DNA of 64,000 bases from a virus. Location: the IMG/VR virus record IMGVR_UViG_3300007963_000006, positions 4,526 to 68,525 of that record; one strand, written 5' to 3'. A program made the position numbers and the translations under genes. Below are positions 9,099 through 18,634 of this stretch, in pieces (the first letter of the stretch is position 1; each line of letters begins with the position of its first letter). The notes under the pieces were generated by a model, which saw only the letters and a list, made by a program, of their open reading frames with translations, did not search any database and was not told the origin of the DNA.

Positions 9099-9845
9099 AT
9101 GATGGCTGAAGCGAATTTCAAAGAATACTTTGCGAACATGGATGATGAAACACTACTGAAACTGACTGGTTTTGGTGCGGTGTTGTCGAAACTGGGTTCT
9201 GCTGCTGACAAAGAATGGCAAAGCAGATTCGGCGTGTGCATGGATAAGGCAGGTCGAGCAGCGAATGACCGACGCCCGAATGCAATTGCCGATCCGGTGA
9301 TTGATATTCAAGTGCCGAACGTGCTTGAAATCATGCTGCGACCCGATGGCGGGGCCAACAACAAGGCACGCGGTCACGGCTACGCAAACGATGTCGGTAT
9401 GACCGACAAGAGCGCGATGTGCAACATTCCACCCACACTGGTGATCGAATTGTTCCTTGAGAAGATTGTCAAGATGCTTGATGGTCGCCTCGCGCAAAGC
9501 ATTCTCAACGATGTTGAAGCGGCTCTCAATACTGGACTGACTGAAAACGAGGACGGTTCATTCGTCTTTGACAAGAAGGCGGTTGAAGCAGAACATCCAA
9601 TCACCAACGCTGTTGAGGTTGCCGAATGGACGCACCAATTGAAGCGTGCGGGCAAGCCTCGCAAGCAATCGGGCGCATCCCATGTGAGCATGGAGATTGT
9701 GCCTATTCCCACCGATCCGAATCCCGCGAACGAGGAGGTCGCCACCGTCGAGAATCCCATCCCCGACACATCAACCCCTGCTCACAGCGGGTCAGACCCC
9801 GAGGGCGATACGGGCACCAATTTCATTGACAATTGGGGTGCTTGA
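9099..9845 (+). CDS. Hypothetical protein
   Basis: ORF track; start moved to ATG 9099. Confidence 0.8.
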   Translation: MMAEANFKEYFANMDDETLLKLTGFGAVLSKLGSAADKEWQSRFGVCMDKAGRAANDRRPNAIADPVIDIQVPNVLEIMLRPDGGANNKARGHGYANDVGMTDKSAMCNIPPTLVIELFLEKIVKMLDGRLAQSILNDVEAALNTGLTENEDGSFVFDKKAVEAEHPITNAVEVAEWTHQLKRAGKPRKQSGASHVSMEIVPIPTDPNPANEEVATVENPIPDTSTPAHSGSDPEGDTGTNFIDNWGA

Positions 9846-10166
9846 ATGTCTGAAGGTCGCTACAACCAAGTGAAGCACGGTGCGATTGACACTTCATTCT
9901 CCGAGGGCGAAGAAGTCCACGTTTTGTCACAAGACGCACGCGGGGAACGGATGCTGAACATCCGTGTCTGTCGTGTGGCCCCATCCAAGACTGGGCACGT
10001 TGGCTACACCAAGCGTGGCTTCTATCTTACTGAAGAGGAGGCACTGGCCTTCTATGATTTGTTGGGCGATCTGCTTGACGACGATACACGCGCAGACATA
10101 TTCCATCCTGCGGGCGATACACAAACGCCCGTGAGCGATACACTGTCAGGGGTTGGTGACGAATGA
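9846..10166 (+). CDS. PC4/p15-like ssDNA-binding protein
   Basis: LNIRV...YTKRGFYLTEEE..AFYDLL matches the PC4 pattern vDiR...pTkKGisL. Confidence 0.65.
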   Translation: MSEGRYNQVKHGAIDTSFSEGEEVHVLSQDARGERMLNIRVCRVAPSKTGHVGYTKRGFYLTEEEALAFYDLLGDLLDDDTRADIFHPAGDTQTPVSDTLSGVGDE

Positions 10167-10648
10167 CTGGTCCCTGTTTGTGTGGTGACGACTTCTGCCC
10201 CTCATGTGGGGGTATGTGCCCCCATTGTAACTACGATGGCGACGAAATCATCCCTTGTGCGAAGTGCGGTATGACAGATGAGGAAATGGAAGAATACCTG
10301 AAAGAATCTATGCCTGACCCCAAAGAGGAGGCGGCATATCAAAAAATTTCTGAACGAGTGGCGCGATTGATGGAAGATGTTCCCCGTGCCGTAAATGGGA
10401 ACATACGCCATCGGCATACTGATTGCGAGCGTTGCGGCAGATTTCCCGCCAAGAATTTGGTCACAACATACGTCACCAAAGGGCTGAAGATGTGCGGTCA
10501 TTGTCGTCGCAGCACCATTAGTTACTATCGGCAAGAACACGGGGGCTATGGCTACAATCCCGTTGTCATCGTTGAGGCAGACTATGACATTGAGAACGAT
10601 GATGAAGCACTGGCTTGGGTTCAACCACTGAAGGAGGAGAAGGCATGA
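10163..10648 (+). CDS. Multi-zinc-finger protein
   Basis: Several CxxC pairs. Confidence 0.75.
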   Translation: MTGPCLCGDDFCPSCGGMCPHCNYDGDEIIPCAKCGMTDEEMEEYLKESMPDPKEEAAYQKISERVARLMEDVPRAVNGNIRHRHTDCERCGRFPAKNLVTTYVTKGLKMCGHCRRSTISYYRQEHGGYGYNPVVIVEADYDIENDDEALAWVQPLKEEKA

Positions 10649-11067
10649 GAGCATACACACAAGAATGGTTTGACCACTACGGACAGGAAATAGAGAATTT
10701 GCTCTATCACATGGCCGATTTAGGCTCATGGCGAATTCTCGATCCACTGATTATCACCGAGATTCACGCGAAGTCGTATGCCCTGTGGGGATTGTCTGTG
10801 CGAGGCGCAGGTCGTCACCCACGCAATCTGATGCTTGACTGCATTTACATCTGCGCCAAATTGTCAGGCAATCGTGCATCTTATTCCGCCATCAAGCGTT
10901 CAGCAAAGATGCTGTGGAAGAAGAACATGGATATTCTCACACTGGACCGACGCCGTGACACGCGCCGTTGGTTTTGGGATTACGAGGCGGAGATTCGATC
11001 CATGTTCCCTGATGAATATGCGTGGAATGATTTCGTGAGCGAATTTGCGATTGCCGAAGAGGAATAA
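10645..11067 (+). CDS. TFB/TFIIB cyclin-repeat-like protein
   Basis: GRHPRNLMLDCIYICAKLSGNRASYSAI resembles the TFB repeat GkspxglaAAaiYiasxlxgxrrtqxei. Confidence 0.55.
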   Translation: MRAYTQEWFDHYGQEIENLLYHMADLGSWRILDPLIITEIHAKSYALWGLSVRGAGRHPRNLMLDCIYICAKLSGNRASYSAIKRSAKMLWKKNMDILTLDRRRDTRRWFWDYEAEIRSMFPDEYAWNDFVSEFAIAEEE

Positions 11068-11069
11068 GC

Positions 11070-12557
11070 ATGGCCTCACCGAATTTCTCACACATCGCCG
11101 CCTGTTGCAGACAGGCATACAATGGCGTGAGAAGGCCACACATCGTGTTGGAGAGCGCATTCGCGCTGTCACCGAAGGAAATACCCTCCCTAATCGAATT
11201 CTTCTATGAGGACGGTTCCATAGGCGAGCGTCTGTCCGATGAGGACTTGCGCGAAATCTTTTACAATCTCACCGATCTATATCCTGAAGAGGTTGAGAGC
11301 GAGCCTGACTTGATTCAGATTCTCTCCAATCTCTCCGAGGAGATTGAAACGACAGTGAACTTCAAATTTGTTCACGCAAACATGAAACAAATGTTTAGCG
11401 AATCCACAATTTTCACGACCCACACTTCTCAAGAAGTGGATAACAAGGTGCGCTCACTGCTCATGCGAACCCTGCTGAAGCGTGTGACGGCGCGAGATGC
11501 CTATTGGCTCATCCTCCGCCTCACGCGCAAAGCAAATCCATTCAAGCACCGCGACGTAGTGAATGCACTGGCGATTCATCACAAAACACTGAAGGCGCGT
11601 GTGAGGAAAGAGGCACTGTTCACGCCGCTTTCTCAATTGGCACGGAAAATGCCCGAAGAATTGGTGGGTGTTCCTACCATCGGTGCGCCACTGCTCATTC
11701 CACTACCCGCTCGCACATACGCGCCCCACTTCTTCATCGACAATTACCTTGAGATCATTCGTGGTGAACGACTGGTGATGCACAAGGGCGAGGATTTCAT
11801 TTCATTTCACGATCCAAATGGGGTCGAAGTGGAAGTCGAACCCCATTTAATCGTGGGTGACTTTTTCGACGGCAACCCCTTGCCTCACGGCATCTATCTT
11901 ATCGAGCGGGTGCCGAAGGCCGAATATCCACTGAAAATTGTGGACGTGTTATATTCTCACGATTCCATCCAAGATAAGCCGCTTCAAGATAGACGACTAT
12001 GGTTGGAGGAAAATTTACCTGATATGTTCATCAAGCCAATGGAATGGGTGCAAAACGTCGCACAATTGAAGGCGAAAGCACCCAAGAATGGCTTGTGCTT
12101 CATCCACAATGCACGCGCCCCCGTGTCATACACCAACAGCCGCGAAGAGGTCGTCCGATTCAGCACGAAAGCCACAGGGGATATATTCAGACTGATTGGC
12201 GGCGTATGGCGTCACGATGCAGGACGCGGGCTGACGCTCAATTCATGGCGTGTAGCCGCCCGTGATGGAATCGACGGCTACTATGAAGTGGGCGACATTC
12301 CATGCGGGAACACCGATAGATCGTCCGATTTGGAAAAGACACTGGCGAAAATGACTGTCAAGGGACAGGCTGTTGAGGGCGAATTGCTCTTGATGGAGAA
12401 CCCGACATTCGTTGATGTGCAGGTTCACTTCGCAGAATACGGCGAACGAGGAATTATCATTCAAGGTTCGATTGAAGGCATTGTCAATAACGCGGGCATA
12501 TCCGATGTTGTGCCTGTTGAGGAAGTCGAATGGCTGATGGGTGGTGAGGAGGAATGA
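11070..12557 (+). CDS. ATP-dependent DNA ligase homolog, catalytic motifs degenerate
   Basis: DBD-like DAYWLILRL..VVNALA; motif I LEIIRGER; IIIa IVDVLY..PLQDRRLWLE; OB-like DIFRLIGGVW...SWRVAARD...EVG. Confidence 0.7.
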   Translation: MASPNFSHIAACCRQAYNGVRRPHIVLESAFALSPKEIPSLIEFFYEDGSIGERLSDEDLREIFYNLTDLYPEEVESEPDLIQILSNLSEEIETTVNFKFVHANMKQMFSESTIFTTHTSQEVDNKVRSLLMRTLLKRVTARDAYWLILRLTRKANPFKHRDVVNALAIHHKTLKARVRKEALFTPLSQLARKMPEELVGVPTIGAPLLIPLPARTYAPHFFIDNYLEIIRGERLVMHKGEDFISFHDPNGVEVEVEPHLIVGDFFDGNPLPHGIYLIERVPKAEYPLKIVDVLYSHDSIQDKPLQDRRLWLEENLPDMFIKPMEWVQNVAQLKAKAPKNGLCFIHNARAPVSYTNSREEVVRFSTKATGDIFRLIGGVWRHDAGRGLTLNSWRVAARDGIDGYYEVGDIPCGNTDRSSDLEKTLAKMTVKGQAVEGELLLMENPTFVDVQVHFAEYGERGIIIQGSIEGIVNNAGISDVVPVEEVEWLMGGEEE

Positions 12558-13648
12558 CTGGTCTTTCTGTTGATGGTGTCACTTTACATCTCGGTGATTG
12601 TTTAGAGAAGTTACGCGAAATGGAGGACGAAATAATTGATTCTTGCATCACTTCACCGCCATACTACGGCCTCCGAAATTATGAAAATGAAGGTCGTTGG
12701 TGGGGTGGTGATATTGATTGCGAGCATGAAAAAGGTGCAATTATCACACATCAACGCCGATCTAATGACGGAGGTTCAGCAGGGAGAAAACAGACCACAA
12801 ACAAGGGGGCAGGAAAACGCGATATGCCTTCCGAGCATTGTTATTGTGTGAAGTGTGAGGCATGGTTCGGGCAATTGGGCTTAGAACCTTCTCCTGAAAT
12901 GTTTGTTGCTAATCTTGTTGAGATATTCAGGGAAGTAAAACGGGTATTGAAGCCAACAGGCACCTTTTGGTTGAATATCGGTGATACTTACTGGGGCGGC
13001 AAAGGAAAGAGCGGCCATAACAATGCTGATTATCAAAGCAAAAGAAATGATAAGCACTTGCAGAAATCGCACCATAATGCAATAGGTGGAAAGGGACTTA
13101 CTCGCCCACAGGACGGCAAACACGCTACGATCAAACCGAAAGATTTGATGATGTTACCACACCGATTAGCGATAGCCCTTCAGGATGATGGATGGTGGGT
13201 AAGAAATGACATCGTTTGGGCGAAGCCCAACCCTATGCCTGAATCCGTGAAGGACAGATGCGGAAGGGCACATGAATACATCTTCCTTCTCACCAAGTCG
13301 AAGAAGTATTTTTTTGACCACGAAGCCATCAAAGAGCCGACCACAGATGGCAAAGGGAAACGCACAAGACGTGATGTTTGGACCGTTCCTGTGAAGCCAT
13401 ACAAAGGGGCGCATTTTGCTACGTTCCCCCCTGAATTGATTGAGCCTTGCATTCTTGCAGGTTGTCCTGAAGGGGGTGTCATTCTCGATCCATTTGCGGG
13501 AAGTGGGACCGCAGCACTTGTCGCCTTGAAATTTGGTCGGCGTGCTATACTGTGCGAATTGAATTCTGAATACGTTCCATTGATAGAAAAAAGGCTCACG
13601 GGCGTTACACAGCGAAGTAAGTCACTGGAACAAATTACGGATTGGTGA
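12554..13648 (+). CDS. DNA amino-methyltransferase, beta class (probably N4-cytosine)
   Basis: TSPPY, LNIGD, IVWAKPNPMPES, HFATFP, LDPFAGSGT. Confidence 0.93.
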   Translation: MTGLSVDGVTLHLGDCLEKLREMEDEIIDSCITSPPYYGLRNYENEGRWWGGDIDCEHEKGAIITHQRRSNDGGSAGRKQTTNKGAGKRDMPSEHCYCVKCEAWFGQLGLEPSPEMFVANLVEIFREVKRVLKPTGTFWLNIGDTYWGGKGKSGHNNADYQSKRNDKHLQKSHHNAIGGKGLTRPQDGKHATIKPKDLMMLPHRLAIALQDDGWWVRNDIVWAKPNPMPESVKDRCGRAHEYIFLLTKSKKYFFDHEAIKEPTTDGKGKRTRRDVWTVPVKPYKGAHFATFPPELIEPCILAGCPEGGVILDPFAGSGTAALVALKFGRRAILCELNSEYVPLIEKRLTGVTQRSKSLEQITDW

Positions 13649-13652
13649 TTAA

Positions 13653-13907
13653 ATGACTGATGAAGAACGCATTCCGCCGTGGGACCATCCCCTCGCCTTT
13701 GGTGTCAAACGAACCAAAGAATTCAATGGGCGCAATTGCGTTGGTTGTGGCCGCTTCCGCCGAGGCATTCGTCCGTCAGGAACGATGTGCGACAATTGCC
13801 GCAAGGTGCGCTACTGGCCTTCGTGGAGGCCACGCGAAGAAGGAAAGGCAAGTGGTTGGTATGGATACGACCACAACGGGTTTTGGATATGGGAGGCACC
13901 GGAATGA
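13653..13907 (+). CDS. Small Zn-finger protein
   Basis: CVGC...CDNC; GGTGA SD. Confidence 0.65.
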   Translation: MTDEERIPPWDHPLAFGVKRTKEFNGRNCVGCGRFRRGIRPSGTMCDNCRKVRYWPSWRPREEGKASGWYGYDHNGFWIWEAPE

Positions 13908-14056
13908 AGTGCCCCGAATGCAAACAAGAGGGATTCAAGATGATTGATTACCGCCCTATGGAACGCCCTATGGTGTCCGTCCGTGCCTCCAAGAAGGAGG
14001 TCGGAAAATTCCGCTGTTCCAATCCTGATTGCCGACACGAAGAGGTGATCGGCTAA
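13904..14056 (+). CDS. Small Zn-ribbon protein
   Basis: MKCPEC...CSNPDC; ATGA overlap. Confidence 0.65.
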   Translation: MKCPECKQEGFKMIDYRPMERPMVSVRASKKEVGKFRCSNPDCRHEEVIG

Positions 14057-14421
14057 TGGAGAAGGACGACTTGACACTACTACTCATCGCGCAGAACACG
14101 CGCATGAGGATTGCCTGTCGCTTGACGAGCAAGAATCAGACTGGGTATCAAATCCGTGCTGAATGCGATCTATTTGGCCGCAAAGCAATTCCCAATGACG
14201 TTCGACAATTCCTCACGAAACATGGACTGCCCACGCAGAACCGATATACGAAGCCGGAACACCTAACGCGGTTGTTGAGATTGCTCACACCGTATGCAGA
14301 ATTCACAAAAGAGCCTCAAGGATTAAGGGCTGTGTCCTCCCTCGTCGGACGCCTTGTGACGCTACGAAAGCATGAGGACGTAATTTCAATTTTGGAGGTA
14401 TTGGATAATGGCACTGTTTGA
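14056..14421 (+). CDS. Hypothetical protein, possible degenerate LAGLIDADG-fold DNA-binding protein
   Basis: GYQIRAECDL and LLRLLTPY resemble LAGLIDADG elements; no acidic catalytic motif. Confidence 0.4.
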   Translation: MEKDDLTLLLIAQNTRMRIACRLTSKNQTGYQIRAECDLFGRKAIPNDVRQFLTKHGLPTQNRYTKPEHLTRLLRLLTPYAEFTKEPQGLRAVSSLVGRLVTLRKHEDVISILEVLDNGTV

Positions 14422-14992
14422 GGATGAAGAAGAGGCAGAAATGCCCGATCCGTTCTTGGTGTGCCCCAATGCTGACGGGACGCCCCCCGGCATAGAGGAT
14501 GAAAAACAACGAATCTTCAATGTGATGTTAATGCACACGCGAGAATGGGACCGGCTGCGGGTGGCGAGGGCACTGCATAAATCAGATACGAATAGAAGAT
14601 ATTTGGTGACTGTCATGCAATTGACATACCCCGGAAATAACGTCATTGATTTCGCAATCCGTGAGTTAATCCAAAAGGTGCCTGATGATTTGCTTTGCAG
14701 CATTCTTGCATTCGCTCACAATGGATCGGGCGGGCGTGTCGAAATCAAATTCCCTGAAAAGCGACAGGGTAACTTACCCCGCACTTTGCTCCGTGCATTT
14801 GGATTGCGAGGAAGTGAGGGCGCATGGGCACACCGCCTATTGGAGAATGAATCCTTCATGCGGCGGGTCGCAAGTCGCATTCACAAGAAAGATTTCAAAT
14901 GGCTCATCCATGATAAAGCAACGCTATACAATAAACATTCTAAAGAGGACACCGAGAGCCTATTGGCTATGGAACAGGGGGCGAATGTATGA
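14408..14992 (+). CDS. Hypothetical protein upstream of clamp loader
   Basis: GGAGGT SD; ORF track. Confidence 0.75.
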   Translation: MALFEDEEEAEMPDPFLVCPNADGTPPGIEDEKQRIFNVMLMHTREWDRLRVARALHKSDTNRRYLVTVMQLTYPGNNVIDFAIRELIQKVPDDLLCSILAFAHNGSGGRVEIKFPEKRQGNLPRTLLRAFGLRGSEGAWAHRLLENESFMRRVASRIHKKDFKWLIHDKATLYNKHSKEDTESLLAMEQGANV

Positions 14993-15002
14993 CACCACCA
15001 GT

Positions 15003-15033
15003 CTTATACACCACCCCCTGTTCCGCCACAATC
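15003..15033 (+). promoter_or_regulatory. Candidate promoter of the replication operon
   Basis: CTTATAcacCACCCCCTGTTCCGCCACA; shares CCGCCACA with the 6915 copy. Confidence 0.5.
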
Positions 15034-15049
15034 CGAGGAGGCAAATAAT

Positions 15050-16036
15050 ATGAAAGTCCAAATTCCTGATGAACCCGAAGAACAGCCTGTTCAATTGTGG
15101 CTCAAGTATCGTCCTGATACACTACAACACATGGTCGGGCTTGACAATCTAAAGAAAGATGCTTCAGGGTGGTTCGTGGCGGGCACACTTCGCATAAGCG
15201 GCATCGTCATATATGGGCCATCCGGCACAGGCAAGAGTAGTGGCGCACGCGCTCTTGCGAGGGATGCTCTCGGAGATCGATTCACCGAAAACTACCATGA
15301 ATTCAATGGTTCGGATGATAGAGGAATTCAATTTGTGCGTGAACGATTGAAGCCATTGGCCGAGCAAAAGGCCGTTGGTTCTAAATTCAAGATTATTTTT
15401 GTGGATGAGGCAGATGGTTTCACCCGCGATACGCAGGACGCACTGCGCTCAATCATCGAAAAAACAGGCACACACACAATGTGGATACTGGCCTGTAACT
15501 CAATTGGAAAGATTCGACCTGCGCTGCGTTCACGTTTGCCCGCATATTCCTTCCCTGCTCTTACTGTTGATGAGGCCGACGCATTCCTGTCTGTGGTCAT
15601 CCATGAAGAGGGATTCCCAAGTGAATGGATTGCTTCTGTTCCAAATCTAATTCGTAAGCATCGCGGTGACTTGAGGGCTTGCCTCAAGACCTTGCAGTTA
15701 TGTGATCCAACAGATGATTTGGCGTTGGATGAAGTGATGCACGATGATTTGATGGCGATTGACGATCTATACTGTGCGGTCCTCAAAAATCGGTGGGATG
15801 AAACAATGGGACTCGCCGCGAAGGTCGAAAGACTGGGTGTGAGCCGCGAGGAAATCATTGACGCATTCCACCGTGCTATTACTGACGCATACGAAAACAA
15901 TGAGTCAGATGCTAAACATACCCTAACCCACCTGTGCGTCCTCGGACTATGGGCCGCACGTTCCCCTGACTGGACCGCAGGGACTCTCCTATTCCTCCAT
16001 GCACTTATTGGAGATTACAGAAAAAGAGGAATGTAA
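15050..16036 (+). CDS. rfcS: Replication factor C small subunit (clamp loader)
   Basis: WLKYRP, GPSGTGKS, EFNGSDDRGI, DEAD, LRSR, GDLR. Confidence 0.93.
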   Translation: MKVQIPDEPEEQPVQLWLKYRPDTLQHMVGLDNLKKDASGWFVAGTLRISGIVIYGPSGTGKSSGARALARDALGDRFTENYHEFNGSDDRGIQFVRERLKPLAEQKAVGSKFKIIFVDEADGFTRDTQDALRSIIEKTGTHTMWILACNSIGKIRPALRSRLPAYSFPALTVDEADAFLSVVIHEEGFPSEWIASVPNLIRKHRGDLRACLKTLQLCDPTDDLALDEVMHDDLMAIDDLYCAVLKNRWDETMGLAAKVERLGVSREEIIDAFHRAITDAYENNESDAKHTLTHLCVLGLWAARSPDWTAGTLLFLHALIGDYRKRGM

Positions 16037-16037
16037 A

Positions 16038-17375
16038 ATGAATGAAGCAAGAATGATAGGAAACGAATGTTTGGATGAAGCAGCGAAGATACTCGGCATT
16101 GGCCGAGAAGAGGCAGAAGCCTCCTTCGGTGCATGGATGGCCGAAATCTTCCCCGAAATGTGGGATGATGCCGGACAAAAGGCAGACGGTTTGATTGATG
16201 ATGACTACAACCACTACGCAGACCAATTCGTGTCAGCGAGCGCACCACGCGGTGGTGGCGGTGGCGGTGGATCGGGCGAAGAATGGGTCGGTATGGTTGT
16301 CGGCTTCACCAAGCGTCTTGATTTGATGACCCGAAAGCGTGAGATGGCTATTGATGTCGCTACGGCTGACATTGGAACAGCAATCAAGAATGGCTTCACT
16401 TACAACGGCAAGCACACTGGGATTGGTCGGGCGCACACGCAGAATGATGTGTGGCGCGTTGAGCATTCCGATGGGCTGTATGTGTCGAACGAGGCAGCAG
16501 ACACTTCTCCAAATTGGGTTATCCCAATCAATGAGAAATTGTCGATTGCTATGCTGAAGCCTGACAAGACGCCTCAAATGGCATACTCTCTCAAGTCCAT
16601 GTGGATTTTTCACGGCAACCTGAAGGACAAATTGTTGGACGAAGGCCCAATGACTATCCTGCTTGAAGGTGCGTGGGATGCAGCCGAAATGAATTGGAAG
16701 ATGTTCACACCAATTACCCTGAAGGGCAAATTTGACCCTGATGGTTGGAACGACAGTGGCCCAACCCTGACTGTGGGCAACACCAACGTAACCTATGGTT
16801 TGGATTGGGTGTCTGATAATCACAAGGAGGCTGTTGAGAAATTCTTCGATCCAACCCAATACTTGACTACGATGGCTATGTGCCCGTTGTCAGATTTACT
16901 CTCCCATCACTTCGATGGTCGCAAAGAATCCTATACGGACAGAAACGGCAATCAACGCTATGACGGCCCAATCACCTGTGTTGTCGGCAACGTGCAGAAT
17001 ATCAATCACGAAGGCCGTGAGAAGCAGTGGGATCCAACGGGACGTGACTACTGGTTGTCTATCAGCAATCAATCACTACGCCGTGAGAATCCAAACGCTG
17101 CTATCGGCATTGGTGTTAGCGGTCCTTTACACGATGACCACAACGGCATGAATGTTCTGCTACGCGGAGAATGGCTTCCATTCACCAACGGCTCTCGCAT
17201 CTATGTCGTGGGTCGCACTGATTCATACACCAACCAAGAAGGTGATGACATCGTGAAGATTGAGGCTCAAGGTATCTATGCGGTGCCGAAGAAGTCTATT
17301 CCTGCAAAGCGTCCGAGCGAGGAAAGCAACGATCTCGGTAACTTGAGCGGATTCGGTATGGATGGTGACAATTGA
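16038..17375 (+). CDS. Putative OB-fold ssDNA-binding (RPA-like) protein
   Basis: C-terminal OB-like GSRIYVVGR...IEAQGIY, acidic tail, position within the replisome cluster. Confidence 0.5.
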   Translation: MNEARMIGNECLDEAAKILGIGREEAEASFGAWMAEIFPEMWDDAGQKADGLIDDDYNHYADQFVSASAPRGGGGGGGSGEEWVGMVVGFTKRLDLMTRKREMAIDVATADIGTAIKNGFTYNGKHTGIGRAHTQNDVWRVEHSDGLYVSNEAADTSPNWVIPINEKLSIAMLKPDKTPQMAYSLKSMWIFHGNLKDKLLDEGPMTILLEGAWDAAEMNWKMFTPITLKGKFDPDGWNDSGPTLTVGNTNVTYGLDWVSDNHKEAVEKFFDPTQYLTTMAMCPLSDLLSHHFDGRKESYTDRNGNQRYDGPITCVVGNVQNINHEGREKQWDPTGRDYWLSISNQSLRRENPNAAIGIGVSGPLHDDHNGMNVLLRGEWLPFTNGSRIYVVGRTDSYTNQEGDDIVKIEAQGIYAVPKKSIPAKRPSEESNDLGNLSGFGMDGDN

Positions 17376-18634
17376 TGGCAGGAACAGGCTTCCTTGACTC
17401 TTTCACGCCCAAGAAGGGCAATTACGAGCCTTCTAAGCCAACGAAGGTGGCTGCAAAGCCTTCCAAGAAGGCGAAGGAGGAAAAGAAGCCTGTCAAGGCG
17501 AAGAAGGCCGAGAAGGTCGTCAAGAAGCCGGAACAGCCGGTGTTGAAGGTATCTTCCCCTCCTCCTCGACCAATCGAGGTTTTGAATGAAGGCGAGGAGA
17601 AGGCATTCCCTGACAGTCGCACGGTCATTGTATCCGATGATGCCCCACCACGAATGGTGCCTGAACCTGAATTCAATGATGCAGTCATGGCGTTTAATCC
17701 ATCGATCCAACGAATGCTGCAATCAGCGAGAAATGCACCTGTGATTGATCAAGAATACATTCTTTGCGGCATATACGGCCCTCCAAAGTCCGGTAAGACT
17801 GGAATTTGTATGGATAGTCTATCCGAGGAGGACATTGAAAATGGTGCTGAAGTCATTCACGTTGATTTCGATATGGGCGGTGCGTCCACACGCGCTGCTC
17901 ACCATGCAGATAAGGCCCATCACATCTTGGTTCTCAATCCGTGGATCGTTCAATATGGGGAGAGTCGTGAAACATACGACTTCCCTGCTACATTCCAACA
18001 GACCATTGACATTCTCAAAGGGGCTGTGGCTCAAGCCGAATTCCAAGTCGAATACCGACAGAAGAACGGCACTATGCCTCCAACCTATCTCAAAACCGTT
18101 ATCTTTGACGGCTGCGACCAATGGCAACATATCTGTGAAACCCTGATGAAGATTGAGGATTTGGAATTGGGTCACGATGGGATCGATGCAGCGGCATTCC
18201 TTCGTCAGCGCGAAAAGGGCGGCGAGAAGAAGAAGTCCGTAAGTCGCTTCAATTGGAACCTGCGAAAGATTCGCTATCAATTAGCCTTCCATCTTCTCCG
18301 TGAATTGTGCCGACTGGGTGTGCATTGTTATCCAATCACGCACACAAAGTCTGACTACGATTCAAGCGGTAACGAGATTCGCGGTAGTGCTTCACCTGCA
18401 TGGCTCAAGGATACCGAGGGCCAATTGCAGCAATTGATTTGCACTGAAATTGAAGATGAGCGCGATGACAGCGGGGAATTGACAGGCATTTCGCGTGCCT
18501 ATGGTCGCCTCCTATGGCGTCGAACGAGTCTGAACACGCCGGAGCGTTGGGTCATCTTTGAGCGCAACCCTGACGGTGGCGAATGGTTCGGGACACCGGG
18601 CATGGCTCAAGGCACCTTTGGGGTGATTGAATGA
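17375..18634 (+). CDS. RecA-superfamily ATPase (Sak4/AAA_24-like recombinase)
   Basis: GIYGPPKSGKT, HVDFD, VIFDG, ITH; Lys/Pro-rich N-terminus. Confidence 0.75.
   Translation: MAGTGFLDSFTPKKGNYEPSKPTKVAAKPSKKAKEEKKPVKAKKAEKVVKKPEQPVLKVSSPPPRPIEVLNEGEEKAFPDSRTVIVSDDAPPRMVPEPEFNDAVMAFNPSIQRMLQSARNAPVIDQEYILCGIYGPPKSGKTGICMDSLSEEDIENGAEVIHVDFDMGGASTRAAHHADKAHHILVLNPWIVQYGESRETYDFPATFQQTIDILKGAVAQAEFQVEYRQKNGTMPPTYLKTVIFDGCDQWQHICETLMKIEDLELGHDGIDAAAFLRQREKGGEKKKSVSRFNWNLRKIRYQLAFHLLRELCRLGVHCYPITHTKSDYDSSGNEIRGSASPAWLKDTEGQLQQLICTEIEDERDDSGELTGISRAYGRLLWRRTSLNTPERWVIFERNPDGGEWFGTPGMAQGTFGVIE

Noticed and set aside
14056-14421. Active homing endonuclease or intein
   Set aside because: No LAGLIDADG acidic motif, no intron or intein context, and no intein motifs seen in PolB, RFC or the helicase
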